This document shows, piece by piece, positions 1 to 9,582 of a stretch of DNA of 64,000 nucleotides. Below the pieces are notes generated by a model. The model had not been told where the DNA came from and made no database searches. It saw nothing but the letters and a program-made list of their open reading frames with translations. Position numbers and translations under genes: made by a program. Position 1 is the stretch's first letter, and every line of letters begins with the position of its first letter. The DNA comes from an uncultured Porphyromonadaceae bacterium (lineage in GTDB: Bacteria; Bacteroidota; Bacteroidia; Bacteroidales; UBA12481): positions 6,766 to 70,765 of the forward strand of contig CAYXJR010000013.1 of assembly GCA_964465145.1 (NCBI GenBank), written 5' to 3'.

Positions 1-413
1 AGAGAGTGAATTCAAGATTGCTATTCCCCGCTATTTCGGCTATTCTGGCGGCCATCATTTGTTTTATTGGTTTTGTAGTATTAACCGACACTCCTCAATA
101 CATCACCTTCTTACTGATGGGTATGGTTATTACTTCTTTCATTCCAGGTGCAGCTGCAGCTACCCAAGACCTGGTCCATCCCGGATTAAGGGCAACTTCC
201 TACTCTCTGGCAGTTGTGATACAAAATTTGCTCGGAGCTAGCATGGGACCCTTGGTAATCGGCTGGATTTCCGACAGGTCAGATCTTGAAACAGCAATGA
301 AAACCCTTCCGATCTTTTTGGTTATTGCATCGGTCTTGTTTTTTATTGGGGCAATGTTTTACAAAAAAGATCTGGCGAAAGTGGAAGATGTTAAGATAGA
401 AGTGGCAGATTAA
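1..413 (+). CDS. MFS transporter, C-terminal fragment (5' end outside window)
   Basis: The frame is open from the window edge to TAA 411-413. It has consecutive hydrophobic helices (ISAILAAIICFIGFVVL, FLLMGMVITSFIPGAAAA, LPIFLVIASVLFFIGAMF) typical of the last TMs of MFS permeases. Confidence 0.65.
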   Translation, partial: RVNSRLLFPAISAILAAIICFIGFVVLTDTPQYITFLLMGMVITSFIPGAAAATQDLVHPGLRATSYSLAVVIQNLLGASMGPLVIGWISDRSDLETAMKTLPIFLVIASVLFFIGAMFYKKDLAKVEDVKIEVAD

Positions 414-445
414 CTATTTGCCCCCTGGGGGAAAAGGTTCTTTTC

Positions 446-1684
446 TTAAGTATCAGTCCAGGTATTTGAGGACAACAGCTTGATTAGTAAGATTATCAGA
501 GATAGGCAAAAGATGCCCCATCCCAGACCAAAGCAATCAATAAGAAGACCAAGAATCAGTACAAAAATTGCGGCAAATAGTGTTTCAGCCTGTGATTCAG
601 CCGAAAGGGCCGAAGCTAGTATCCTGGGATCAAGCTGATCGGCAATTTTACCAATTCCGACAGGTTTTCTGAGATTTTCAACCAGGTATATACCGGCGAA
701 AAATATGAGGGCAAGAAAGTTTAATCCAAAGAGTATAAGCAATCCACTAATCAATCCCGTAATAACGCCTATAATAACTGTCATTGACAGGGCCGACCGG
801 GCATCAGGAAATTTCTTGACGAAAAGGCCTGACCTGCGTGCAACAAAGGAACTACTCATGTACAGAATGAAATAAACCAAACCTACCATTACGGCCGTTC
901 GTTGTTCATCGGTCCGTGATGCCCACAGAGGCAGTGAAAGAGCGAAGAGCTGAATTATTGGCTGGATGAAGTCTTTAACTGCTTTATAATATCCCGTGTA
1001 AATGCTCAGCCCTAATACTGTTTTCCTCAGTCCTCTGTTGCTGAAGGCAATAACAAAATCCGAAATCGTGGATTTCAATGCAGGAAAAATCCTTATCCTG
1101 TTTTGGTTGACATGAGAACCTTCCAGGTTTTTTGGATAGCTGGCAAGGTTTACCAGATCAAGCAGGTAGGGCAGGATGGTGATAAGAAAAATCAGTTTGT
1201 ATTCCCGGGTAAGCAATACAATAATACCGGCGCCTAATGCTGAAATGGCAGAACCTATCTGCGACCACGAACGGGTTTGCCCGTAATAGCTGACTTTAAA
1301 ATCTTCCCAGGAATTTATTTGCAGGTGCGTAAATATCATCGCCTTATGTGTGCCTGTACGAAAGGCATCCCCAACAGCATAAAGCAGGAATGCGGGGATA
1401 AACATCAGGTAAGACCCTCCCAGGAAAAATGTGGCGAATGAGAAAAGGTAGGAAGTGAATGCGAGTATCATTGACCTCCTCCGTCCAAATGTGTCGGCAA
1501 AAACCCCGGCCGGTATCTCCATAATATTCCTTGCAATCTCCCTGATAGCATAGAGGCTGGCAATCTGGGTGAAGCTTAAACCTTCTGCATGTAATATCAG
1601 TATTAGGAAAGGCTCAAAAAACCTTAGGTTCTTGAGAAAACCATAGGCGCAAAAGCGATAATATTGAGTGTCTTTTTTGAACAT
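446..1684 (-). CDS. MFS transporter
   Basis: About 12 predicted TM helices and an MFS loop motif (ADTFGRRRSMILAF). I start it at ATG 1684 (MFKKDTQYY...) because the ORF-track start at 1726 overlaps the upstream gene's 3' end. Confidence 0.8.
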   Translation of the reverse strand: MFKKDTQYYRFCAYGFLKNLRFFEPFLILILHAEGLSFTQIASLYAIREIARNIMEIPAGVFADTFGRRRSMILAFTSYLFSFATFFLGGSYLMFIPAFLLYAVGDAFRTGTHKAMIFTHLQINSWEDFKVSYYGQTRSWSQIGSAISALGAGIIVLLTREYKLIFLITILPYLLDLVNLASYPKNLEGSHVNQNRIRIFPALKSTISDFVIAFSNRGLRKTVLGLSIYTGYYKAVKDFIQPIIQLFALSLPLWASRTDEQRTAVMVGLVYFILYMSSSFVARRSGLFVKKFPDARSALSMTVIIGVITGLISGLLILFGLNFLALIFFAGIYLVENLRKPVGIGKIADQLDPRILASALSAESQAETLFAAIFVLILGLLIDCFGLGWGIFCLSLIILLIKLLSSNTWTDT

Positions 1685-1694
1685 GCAAAAAGTG

Positions 1695-2267
1695 TCACTT
1701 CTTTTTCTTCTCCACGCTGAAGCCAAATTTTCCTAATTTCTTACCTGTCTGGTAGTACCCACCATGAATATATACGATAGGGTTGGCTGCAGCGAGCTCG
1801 AATTTACCTGTGTTCGGATCCATGAATCTCTCAGAGGCCTGGATGTTCACTACCTCTGAAATAAACATATGATGAACGCCCAGGTCCTTTATCTCTTTCA
1901 CAACGCATTCGATGTTCACAGGTGATTCCACTATGATAGGGGCTTTAACTTTTTCAGCTTTTCCTGGTGTGAGTTTCATCTCCTTGAACTTATCGTAATC
2001 CCGACCGGATCTTACTCCGCACCAATCGGTCGCACGGACTAATTCGCTAGTAGTTAGGTTTATAACAAACTCACCTGTACGCTTAATAATATCATAGGAA
2101 TGCCGTCCGGGTCGTATGGAGATATAACACATGGGTGGATTAGAACAAATTGTCCCTGTCCAGGCAATAGTGAGGATGTTGTATTCTTCGGGGCTGGCTC
2201 CACAGCTTACCATAACAGCGGGCAGGGGATACACCATGGTTCCCGGCTTCCAATTGATCTTACTCAT
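1695..2267 (-). CDS. flavin reductase-like (FMN-binding split-barrel) family protein
   Basis: 190 aa. The N-terminus (VYPLPAVMVSCG...NILTIAWTGTICSNPPM) resembles flavoredoxin/flavin reductase-like domain proteins. Confidence 0.7.
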   Translation of the reverse strand: MSKINWKPGTMVYPLPAVMVSCGASPEEYNILTIAWTGTICSNPPMCYISIRPGRHSYDIIKRTGEFVINLTTSELVRATDWCGVRSGRDYDKFKEMKLTPGKAEKVKAPIIVESPVNIECVVKEIKDLGVHHMFISEVVNIQASERFMDPNTGKFELAAANPIVYIHGGYYQTGKKLGKFGFSVEKKKK

Positions 2268-2279
2268 ATTCTCAGGCTT

Positions 2280-3707
2280 TCAAAATTTATTGGGTTGATC
2301 AGGAGCCAGGGCAGTGAGTCCCATTTTTTTGCCGATTATTAGCATCAGGGCCCATGCCTCCTCTTTAGTGTTGTGAATTTCCCCGTCGAGGATGGCCTCC
2401 CGGATAGCATTCTTAATAGTTCCTACATGCATCCCTGGCGGTATGCCGAACACTTCCATAATCTCTTCTCCTGAAATAGGAGGCTGCCAGTTTCGAACCC
2501 GGTCTTTTTCTTCAATCTCTTTAAGTTTATTCCTGACCAGATTGAAGTTACTCAGGTATTTTTTGACTTTCGCAGGGTTCCCAGAGGTGATATCAGCCTC
2601 GCAGAGGGTCATCAGATCATCAATATCATCGCCAGCCTCAAAGAGTAATCGTCTTACTGCAGAATCAGTAACCGTTTCATGAACCAGGGTAACAGGCCTC
2701 ATATGGAGATTCACCAGTTTCTGGACATATTTCATTTTCTCATTAAGGGGTAATTTCAATTTTTTAAAAATAATCGGTATCATCTTGGCACCGAAATGAT
2801 TATGCCCGTAAAAAGTCCATCCAACCTCTGGTTCAAATCGTTTCGTTAATGGTTTGGCGATATCGTGCAAAAGTGTTGCCCAGCGGAGCCACAAGTTCTC
2901 AGTGTGTGGACTTATGTTGTCAAGAACCTTAATGGTATGAAGAAAATTATCCTTGTGTTTCTGATTTTGTTTTTCCTCAACACCCTTGGTTGCATTCAGC
3001 TCTGGGAATACTAATTCGAGTAATCCCGTTTGGTCAAGTAAGTTGAATCCTATTGAGGGTTTCCTTGTAAGGATTATGTTATTGATCTCTTCAGAAATTC
3101 TTTCTTTAGAAAGGATATCTACCCTGTGTTTGTTGGCTGTAATGGCAGTCAGGGTGTCTGGATCGATCTTAAAATTCAATTGGCTGGCAAAACGAATTGC
3201 ACGGAGCATCCTCAGTGGATCATCTGAAAAAGTTTGATCAGGTTTCAATGGCGTCCGGATAATCTTATCCTTTATGTCATTCAGTCCATTAAAGGAATCC
3301 AGTAAGAGGCCAAAATCTTTGTCATTTAGACTGATCGCCAGTGTGTTGATCGTAAAGTCCCTGCGGTTTAAGTCTTCTTCCAGTGTTCCGTCCTCTACAA
3401 TAGGATTCCTGGAGTCATGCTGATATGATTCCTTTCTTGCACCAACAAACTCAAGTTGAAGATCTTTGGACATAACCATAGCAGTACCATAATTCCTAAA
3501 AATCTGTATCTTAGTCTTTCCAAGGTCTTTTGCTACCAGTTTGGCCAGTTTGATTCCACTTCCCAGAGTTACGATGTCTATATCCTTGGTAGGACGTTCT
3601 AGAATAAGGTCCCTCACGTAGCCGCCTATTAGATATGTGGGCATGTTCCCTTGGAAAGCGATTTTTGAAATACGCCGGAAAATTGGATTTTTAAGCTCTA
3701 TTATCAT
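2280..3707 (-). CDS. CCA-adding tRNA nucleotidyltransferase / poly(A) polymerase family protein with HD domain
   Basis: Pol-beta nucleotidyltransferase motif GGYVRDLILERPTKDIDIV, plus an HD region (ATLLHDIAKP). I chose the start at ATG 3707 (MIIELKNPIF) because a TAATTTTG -7 box lies inside the longer ORF-track version. Confidence 0.85.
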   Translation of the reverse strand: MIIELKNPIFRRISKIAFQGNMPTYLIGGYVRDLILERPTKDIDIVTLGSGIKLAKLVAKDLGKTKIQIFRNYGTAMVMSKDLQLEFVGARKESYQHDSRNPIVEDGTLEEDLNRRDFTINTLAISLNDKDFGLLLDSFNGLNDIKDKIIRTPLKPDQTFSDDPLRMLRAIRFASQLNFKIDPDTLTAITANKHRVDILSKERISEEINNIILTRKPSIGFNLLDQTGLLELVFPELNATKGVEEKQNQKHKDNFLHTIKVLDNISPHTENLWLRWATLLHDIAKPLTKRFEPEVGWTFYGHNHFGAKMIPIIFKKLKLPLNEKMKYVQKLVNLHMRPVTLVHETVTDSAVRRLLFEAGDDIDDLMTLCEADITSGNPAKVKKYLSNFNLVRNKLKEIEEKDRVRNWQPPISGEEIMEVFGIPPGMHVGTIKNAIREAILDGEIHNTKEEAWALMLIIGKKMGLTALAPDQPNKF

Positions 3708-3737
3708 ATTGCCTGCCAGATTCGGAACTTTGGCTGA

Positions 3738-3745
3738 CAAAATTA
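3738..3745 (-). promoter_or_regulatory. Bacteroidota -7 promoter box TAATTTTG (TAnnTTTG)
   Basis: Exact match to the TAnnTTTG consensus on the minus strand, about 30 nt upstream of ATG 3707. Confidence 0.4.
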
Positions 3746-3892
3746 CCATTTTTTCCTGGCATTTTGCCAATCAGATCCCTAATCTGACTTGGCACAGGTA
3801 TTGATAAATATAAACATCTATATAAATAGATATTTAAACAATAATGAATTTCAGGGGTATTAATAGCATAGAGAAATCAAAAGAAAAAGATC

Positions 3893-4258
3893 ATGGCAAT
3901 AGAACACTTGACCAAAGAAACATTTAAAGAGAAAGTATTTAACTACGAAATTAACAAGGAGTGGAAATTCGAAGGGGAACTACCTGCAGTAATCGACTTC
4001 TACGCGGATTGGTGCGGACCCTGTAAAATGGTTGCACCCGTATTGGAGGAACTTGCTACCGAGTACACAGGAAAACTAAACATCTACAAAGTAGATACTG
4101 AGGTTGAAAGAGAGTTGTCAGGGATTTTCGGTATTCAAAGTATACCCTCCATCCTCTTTGTTCCGGTTGAGGGACAGCCTGCGATGGCCCAGGGAGCTCT
4201 GCCAAAGGATTCCCTCAAAAAGGCATTTAATGACGTATTGAAGGTTGAGTTGGTTTAG
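3893..4258 (+). CDS. thioredoxin
   Basis: WCGPC active-site motif (DFYADWCGPCKMVAP), 121 aa, thioredoxin-fold length. Confidence 0.88.
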   Translation: MAIEHLTKETFKEKVFNYEINKEWKFEGELPAVIDFYADWCGPCKMVAPVLEELATEYTGKLNIYKVDTEVERELSGIFGIQSIPSILFVPVEGQPAMAQGALPKDSLKKAFNDVLKVELV

Positions 4259-4280
4259 TTTGATTGTTGGATTTATTAGG

Positions 4281-4318
4281 AAGCCGGTAGGATATTTTCT
4301 TATCGGCTTTCTTTTTTT
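4281..4318 (+). terminator. rho-independent terminator after thioredoxin
   Basis: Stem AAGCCGGTA/TATCGGCTT (one mismatch) followed by CTTTTTTTG. Confidence 0.6.
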
Positions 4319-4331
4319 GCTCAAATTTTCA

Positions 4332-4339
4332 TAACTTTG
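4332..4339 (+). promoter_or_regulatory. -7 promoter box TAACTTTG
   Basis: Exact TAnnTTTG match immediately 5' of the riboswitch aptamer. Confidence 0.45.
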
Positions 4340-4344
4340 TAATG

Positions 4345-4425
4345 TCTGCTAGGGGTGCCTTAATAATACGGGCTGAGATCATACTCTTAGAACCTGATCC
4401 GGATAATGCCGGCGAAGGGAGAAGG
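4345..4425 (+). promoter_or_regulatory. TPP (thiamine pyrophosphate, THI-box) riboswitch
   Basis: Conserved aptamer core read directly: AGGGGTGCC ... GGCTGAGA ... ACCTGATCCGGATAATGCCGGCGAAGGGA. It lies in the 5' leader of the TonB-dependent receptor gene. The edges are approximate. Confidence 0.9.
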
Positions 4426-4462
4426 GCCACAGGGACATTGGCCAGGATAAATTCGAATTATC

Positions 4463-6829
4463 ATGCGCACACAAATACTCTTAGTCATTTTGGCTTTAGT
4501 GCTAACTATAAAGCTAAATGCACAGGTGAGTATATCTGGCAGGATTACCACTGAATCAGGAAAAGGCCTCCCGGCTGCCCATATTTCATTATCAAAAACT
4601 TTGATGGGAGTTACATCTGATAATGAGGGTTTTTACCTTTTAAAAAATATTCAACAAGGTGATTATACCCTGATAGTGAGTTTCCTCGGATATGATAAAT
4701 GGGAGAAAAAGATAAGCCTCAGCGAGGATATAAGCATTAATGTTGAATTGATTCGGAGTACTCTTTTAGCCGGAGAAGTAATTGTCCGTGCCAGTCGGGC
4801 AAACCTTAATGACCCTGTAGCTTACACGAACCTGGATAAGAACCAACTTGCCAGGACTGACCGCATACGGGATATTCCCTATTTACTGGAGCTAACTCCA
4901 TCGGTAGTAGCTACTTCAGATGCAGGTACTGGTATTGGTTATAGCGGACTTCGTATACGGGGAACCGATCCGAGCAGGATCAATGTAACAGTGAATGGCA
5001 TCCCTTACAACGACAGCGAGTCCCATGATGTTTATTGGGTAGATATACCGGATTTTGTATCCTCGGTTGAGAATGTGCAAATTCAGAGGGGAGTAGGAAC
5101 TTCCACTCAGGGAGCTGCAGCTTTTGGCGCCAACATCAACTTTCAGACACGTTCGGTGTCTGCCAGGCCTTATTCTGAAATTCAATCAACACTAGGATCC
5201 TTCAACACCTGGAAAAATGCAATAGCTGCAGGTACCGGCTTGATTCATGACCATTTCAGTGTTGATATGCGATTGTCGCAGATTAGCTCAGATGGCTACA
5301 TCGACCGGGCTTTTGCCAGTATGGAATCCTACAACCTTTCCGCTGGTTGGTACGGTGAAAAAAGCATTATTAAGGCAAGCACTTTTTCAGGAAAAGAACT
5401 CACATACCAGGCATGGGGAGGAGTTCCTGGTGAACTACTCGAAACCGACCGGACTTATAATCCATACACCTATGATAATGAGGTGGATGATTATCGGCAA
5501 ACCCATTATCAATTGCATTGGTCCTGTCAGCCTTTACGGAAACTAAATATCAATCTGGCTTTGCATTACACCAGGGGCGAAGGGTATTATGAGCAATTCA
5601 GGGAAGATGAAGATTTAAGTGATTATCTTCTCGAGACGGTAATCATTGGTTCAGACAGCATACTGACATCTGATATTATCCGGAGAAAATGGTTGGACAA
5701 TGATTTCTTAGGGGGGATTTACAGCATCAATTATACCCTGGGAAAAATGGCTATAACTGGTGGAGGAGGTTGGAATCGCTATGATGGCGACCACTTTGGA
5801 CAAGTGATATGGAGCCAATATTCGTCAAATGGGGAGATCAGACATCCATATTATTTCTCCAAAGGCCTTAAAACAGATTGGAATTATTTCACTAAGATTA
5901 ATTACCAAATTCTTCCATCGGTAAATCTTTATGCCGATATGCAATACCGCCATATAGATTATTCTATAAATGGTAAGGATGATGACCAGAGAGATATCAC
6001 CCAGGATCATCAGTACAGTTTCTTTAATCCCAAAGCAGGGGTTTCCCTGGATATTTCTAAACATCAGGCAGTTTATTTATCTTTTTCAGTAGGAAATCGG
6101 GAACCGAAGCGGAGCAATTTCACCGATTCCCGGCCAGGGCAAGAGATAAAACCTGAACGTTTAAATGATTTTGAGATGGGGTATACATATAAATCAGGAA
6201 TGTTTTCGCTTGAAGCCAACGCATATTTCATGGATTACACAGACCAGTTGGTTCTAACTGGGGAGATCAATGATGTGGGATCAGCAATCATGGTGAATGT
6301 TCCAGACAGCTATCGGGCAGGATTAGAGTTGACGGTAGCTGCTCAACCATTTAAAAGTCTGGCTTGGGAGTTGAATGCCACTCTGAGCAGGAACAGGATA
6401 ATAAGTTTTATTGAGTATGTAGATGATTGGGACACCTGGGGTCAACAGAATTTTGAACTAAAGAATACCAGCCTGGCTTTTTCACCGGAAATTATCGCAG
6501 GAAGCCGGATCATCTGGAACCCATTAGAGGGCCTGGACCTATCACTTCTTACGAAGTTCGTTGGGAAACAGTTCATCGATAATACTTCCAGCCTGGATCG
6601 TATGCTGGATGCTTATGTGGTGAATAACTTCAGGCTTGGTTATTCTTTTCAACCAAAATTCTTGAAAGAAATCAATTTATTTGTCGAAGTGATCAACCTT
6701 CTTAATGAGGAATACGAAACCAACGCTTGGGTGTACAGCTATTTCTATCAGGGGCAGAGGTACAAGATGGATGGGTTTTATCCACAGGCCGGCCGGCATT
6801 TTATGGCTGGGATCATTTTAAAATTATAA
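4463..6829 (+). CDS. TonB-dependent receptor with N-terminal carboxypeptidase-regulatory-like domain
   Basis: Signal peptide, then a CarboxypepD_reg-like segment (ISGRITTESGKGLPAAHISL...GDYTLIVSFLGY), a plug motif (GLRIRGTDPSRINVTVNGIPYND) and a long beta-barrel with alternating aromatic/hydrophilic strands. Confidence 0.9.
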   Translation: MRTQILLVILALVLTIKLNAQVSISGRITTESGKGLPAAHISLSKTLMGVTSDNEGFYLLKNIQQGDYTLIVSFLGYDKWEKKISLSEDISINVELIRSTLLAGEVIVRASRANLNDPVAYTNLDKNQLARTDRIRDIPYLLELTPSVVATSDAGTGIGYSGLRIRGTDPSRINVTVNGIPYNDSESHDVYWVDIPDFVSSVENVQIQRGVGTSTQGAAAFGANINFQTRSVSARPYSEIQSTLGSFNTWKNAIAAGTGLIHDHFSVDMRLSQISSDGYIDRAFASMESYNLSAGWYGEKSIIKASTFSGKELTYQAWGGVPGELLETDRTYNPYTYDNEVDDYRQTHYQLHWSCQPLRKLNINLALHYTRGEGYYEQFREDEDLSDYLLETVIIGSDSILTSDIIRRKWLDNDFLGGIYSINYTLGKMAITGGGGWNRYDGDHFGQVIWSQYSSNGEIRHPYYFSKGLKTDWNYFTKINYQILPSVNLYADMQYRHIDYSINGKDDDQRDITQDHQYSFFNPKAGVSLDISKHQAVYLSFSVGNREPKRSNFTDSRPGQEIKPERLNDFEMGYTYKSGMFSLEANAYFMDYTDQLVLTGEINDVGSAIMVNVPDSYRAGLELTVAAQPFKSLAWELNATLSRNRIISFIEYVDDWDTWGQQNFELKNTSLAFSPEIIAGSRIIWNPLEGLDLSLLTKFVGKQFIDNTSSLDRMLDAYVVNNFRLGYSFQPKFLKEINLFVEVINLLNEEYETNAWVYSYFYQGQRYKMDGFYPQAGRHFMAGIILKL

Positions 6830-6834
6830 TCTTC

Positions 6835-7401
6835 TCAGAACCAAATACCAAAGGCGAAAACTGCCGCAGTGTGGTTGTAAAGCAAATTATAAGAATTATC
6901 AGGATCTATCCTGAGGGTTCTGCCGGCTTGTACACCTACATTGAAGCTTAATATCGAATTAAATAGAAAGTAGTATCCTAATTCTCCGGCCAGGGTGGTT
7001 GAAATGAAGTTATCCAGACGGTACATGGTAATGGCAGCATGTGGTCCGACATAAAAACCACGGTGTCCCTCTTCTGAGTTCTTCTTGGAAAAATGGTAAG
7101 GAATCGTTAACCCGGCTCCTACCCTGGATAATTCTCTTGGGAATTCAGGTCGAAATTGCATGAAAATATTTGGCGACAAGCGGATGCTCCACTTATTATT
7201 GATCGCATATTCCAACTGAACAGGAACTATACTGATGTCAAATGTCTTCCGGATTTCGTCGACTTGTTCATAATCTACCCTAGGTTGAATACCGATAAAA
7301 AACTGGATAGGCCGGTAGGATTCCTCAACTTCTCTTTCCTGGGACATTAGTGGAATTGAAAGAACTAATAAAAGCGATATAAATGAGGCGATCTTTTTCA
7401 T
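6835..7401 (-). CDS. hypothetical small outer-membrane beta-barrel-like protein
   Basis: Signal peptide MKKIASFISLLLVLSIPLMSQ, amphipathic beta-strand pattern and a C-terminal aromatic residue (...FAFGIWF). I start it at ATG 7401. The function is unknown. Confidence 0.5.
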   Translation of the reverse strand: MKKIASFISLLLVLSIPLMSQEREVEESYRPIQFFIGIQPRVDYEQVDEIRKTFDISIVPVQLEYAINNKWSIRLSPNIFMQFRPEFPRELSRVGAGLTIPYHFSKKNSEEGHRGFYVGPHAAITMYRLDNFISTTLAGELGYYFLFNSILSFNVGVQAGRTLRIDPDNSYNLLYNHTAAVFAFGIWF

Positions 7402-7448
7402 ATTGAGGTACTTAATGTTAATTGTATACATAAAGCTTTTATTAAACA

Positions 7449-8816
7449 TTAATCTTTGCCAAATACCTTATCGATTACCGACTGGATGCTCTCCGCCCAA
7501 ATATAATAACCCTTTGGTGCAAGATGAACATTATCTTCTCTCATGAGTGTATAGTTCAAAGTTCCATCCTCCAGAATATATGGTTCCCCAATATTTTTGT
7601 AAATTACTTTGTTAAGCTTGCCCAGGGGAGCGATTAATTGATGCACCCGGCGATAGGTAATCCGCATTGGGTCGTCCTCATTTGCTCCGGTAGGAAAAGG
7701 GCCAAGGAGCAATATGCTTGAGGAGGGCAACTTTTTTCTGAGATTACTTACTATGGCCTTTATACCCTCAGCTATATCATCAGTAGTATTGCTTCTGAAA
7801 TTGTTCACCCCAATGGTGAGAATGACAAGTTTTGGTTTTATCTTATCGAAATTTCCATTTTGAATACGCCATATTATTTGCTGTGTACGGTCTCCGGAGA
7901 TGCCATAATTGGCCGCCTCCAAAGGCTGGTAGAGTGAATCCCATAACTCTTTAACAGGTGACCAAACCTGGCGGCCCTCACCTCCCCAGGATTGTGTAAT
8001 TGAATTCCCAAGGAAAACCAGCTGTACCTTCCTTTCTTCTCCAATTTTGTTTATGGCCTCATGCTGTGAGAACCAGTCGTTTCCTTCCCCCCAGCCTGCA
8101 CCGCTCCGGTATTCAAAACTTGGGACAGGATGGGTGCAGGGGTTGAAATTACCTCCTCCATCTTCCTTTGTCTTGAGAAATAGTTTTCGATAAATGATTT
8201 CAACCATAATACTTGCGCCAAGGGGATCGGGGTGGATTTGGTCAGGAAAGAATTGGCCGTAATCGAGTAGGGGAGAATAGAGATCAATCAACTCACTGCC
8301 TGATTGTTCAGCAATTTCCTTTAGCTCAGGAATTATCACCTTGCTGACAATAGAATCACGAATCCCCCACTTTTCCTCGGTAAAAACCGGTACTGGTAGT
8401 ATGAGTAAGATCCTTGGCCTGGATGGTAACTCCCTGAAGCTGGCAATCATATCAAGGTAATCCTGTTTATACTCTGATCCAAATGACCAATTCTGGGGTT
8501 TACTGTCATTGGTTCCCAGCTTTATCATAACTATAGCCGGGTTAAAATCAAGGGCCTGCTTATACTCAACCTCATCCCAATATGGCTTATCTCCATGGCG
8601 GAGTAAGGTAGCTCCACTCACAGCAAAATTCCTGACATCATAATCTTTTCCCATCCAATACTGGAGCTGGGCAGGGTAGGACGTTTTTGAAGAATCAGCC
8701 ATCCCAGAGCCGTAAGTAATGGAATTGCCAATACAGGCTATTTTAATTTGTTGTGAAAAAATTCTCCCGGGAAAAAGAAGAATTAGTAAAATAAAGATTG
8801 AATAAATTCGCTTCAT
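7449..8816 (-). CDS. secreted esterase with two tandem SGNH/GDSL hydrolase domains
   Basis: Signal peptide. Block-I Ser motifs occur twice (IACIGNSITYGSG and VFLGNSITQSWGG). Block-III GxND occurs twice (KLGTNDS, TIGVNNF). The C-terminal DxxH occurs twice (DQIHPDP, DNVHLAP). Confidence 0.8.
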   Translation of the reverse strand: MKRIYSIFILLILLFPGRIFSQQIKIACIGNSITYGSGMADSSKTSYPAQLQYWMGKDYDVRNFAVSGATLLRHGDKPYWDEVEYKQALDFNPAIVMIKLGTNDSKPQNWSFGSEYKQDYLDMIASFRELPSRPRILLILPVPVFTEEKWGIRDSIVSKVIIPELKEIAEQSGSELIDLYSPLLDYGQFFPDQIHPDPLGASIMVEIIYRKLFLKTKEDGGGNFNPCTHPVPSFEYRSGAGWGEGNDWFSQHEAINKIGEERKVQLVFLGNSITQSWGGEGRQVWSPVKELWDSLYQPLEAANYGISGDRTQQIIWRIQNGNFDKIKPKLVILTIGVNNFRSNTTDDIAEGIKAIVSNLRKKLPSSSILLLGPFPTGANEDDPMRITYRRVHQLIAPLGKLNKVIYKNIGEPYILEDGTLNYTLMREDNVHLAPKGYYIWAESIQSVIDKVFGKD

Positions 8817-8895
8817 GGCAAAAGAATTGAAGGGCGAAGTTAATGAATTCTTCCCATTTGTTATTTTTACAGGGAATTTATGAAACCGCCAAATA

Positions 8896-9582
8896 ATGGA
8901 CAGCAGTAACTTCTTTCTAATTTTTAGCCCGGCATGGCTTCTGATATCCTTCCTCCTTTACTGGCCATTCTTTTTCAAGCATCAAAAAGAGGGCAGGGCT
9001 GAGTCTATTTTGTTCCTTAGGTATTATGGTGCTTTTCTTTTTGGAGGGGTCCCTCTAATTGTTTCAATCATAATGGGTTTCTCCTGGGTAAAAATTTTCG
9101 GACTGGCTGTGGATATCTCAGATAATCAGTATGTTTGGCTTGGAAGTCTGGCTTTAGGAGGTGTATTAGCAGCGTTCAATTATTTTGCTTCCCGAGGCCA
9201 GGCGAACCTGGAGGAATTTCCTAAGATCCGGTTGAGCAACTGGTCATTGGGATTGGTTTATCATAATATTTTTTCCTGGTTGGTTTATTTAGTGGGATAT
9301 GAGTTTTTATTCCGTGGAATAATGTTGTTCCCTTTGGTTCCGGTTCTTGGGTTCTGGACAACAGCCACCTTGGGGACCGTCTTGTATTCTTTGAGTCATT
9401 ATCCAAAAAGCTTACGGGAGGCACTGGGAGCCATACCTTTTGGAATTATACTGGCCTGGGTAGCCTGGGAGACTCAATCAGTGTGGCCATGCATTTGGAT
9501 TCATGCCTGTTTGGCAATATCCAATAGTTTATTCTCACTTTATCATCAACCCAATATGAAGATAAAAAGATGGAGCAAATGA
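8896..9582 (+). CDS. CPBP (CAAX) family intramembrane metalloprotease
   Basis: Polytopic membrane protein with the EExxxR-like motif (GYEFLFRGIM), HxxxN/D-like SHYP and a late His (WIHAC). Confidence 0.7.
   Translation: MDSSNFFLIFSPAWLLISFLLYWPFFFKHQKEGRAESILFLRYYGAFLFGGVPLIVSIIMGFSWVKIFGLAVDISDNQYVWLGSLALGGVLAAFNYFASRGQANLEEFPKIRLSNWSLGLVYHNIFSWLVYLVGYEFLFRGIMLFPLVPVLGFWTTATLGTVLYSLSHYPKSLREALGAIPFGIILAWVAWETQSVWPCIWIHACLAISNSLFSLYHQPNMKIKRWSK

Noticed and set aside
414-445. CCCCCTGGGGG palindrome between the convergent MFS genes as a terminator
   Set aside because: The stem is at most 4-5 bp with a 1-3-nt loop, and the flanking A/T tracts are short (an A4 run downstream, a T3 run upstream). 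It is too weak to annotate as a feature.
4342-4554. 70-aa plus-strand ORF upstream of, and overlapping, the TonB receptor start
   Set aside because: It coincides with the TPP riboswitch aptamer and the receptor signal-peptide region in another frame. The RNA element explains the sequence conservation better.
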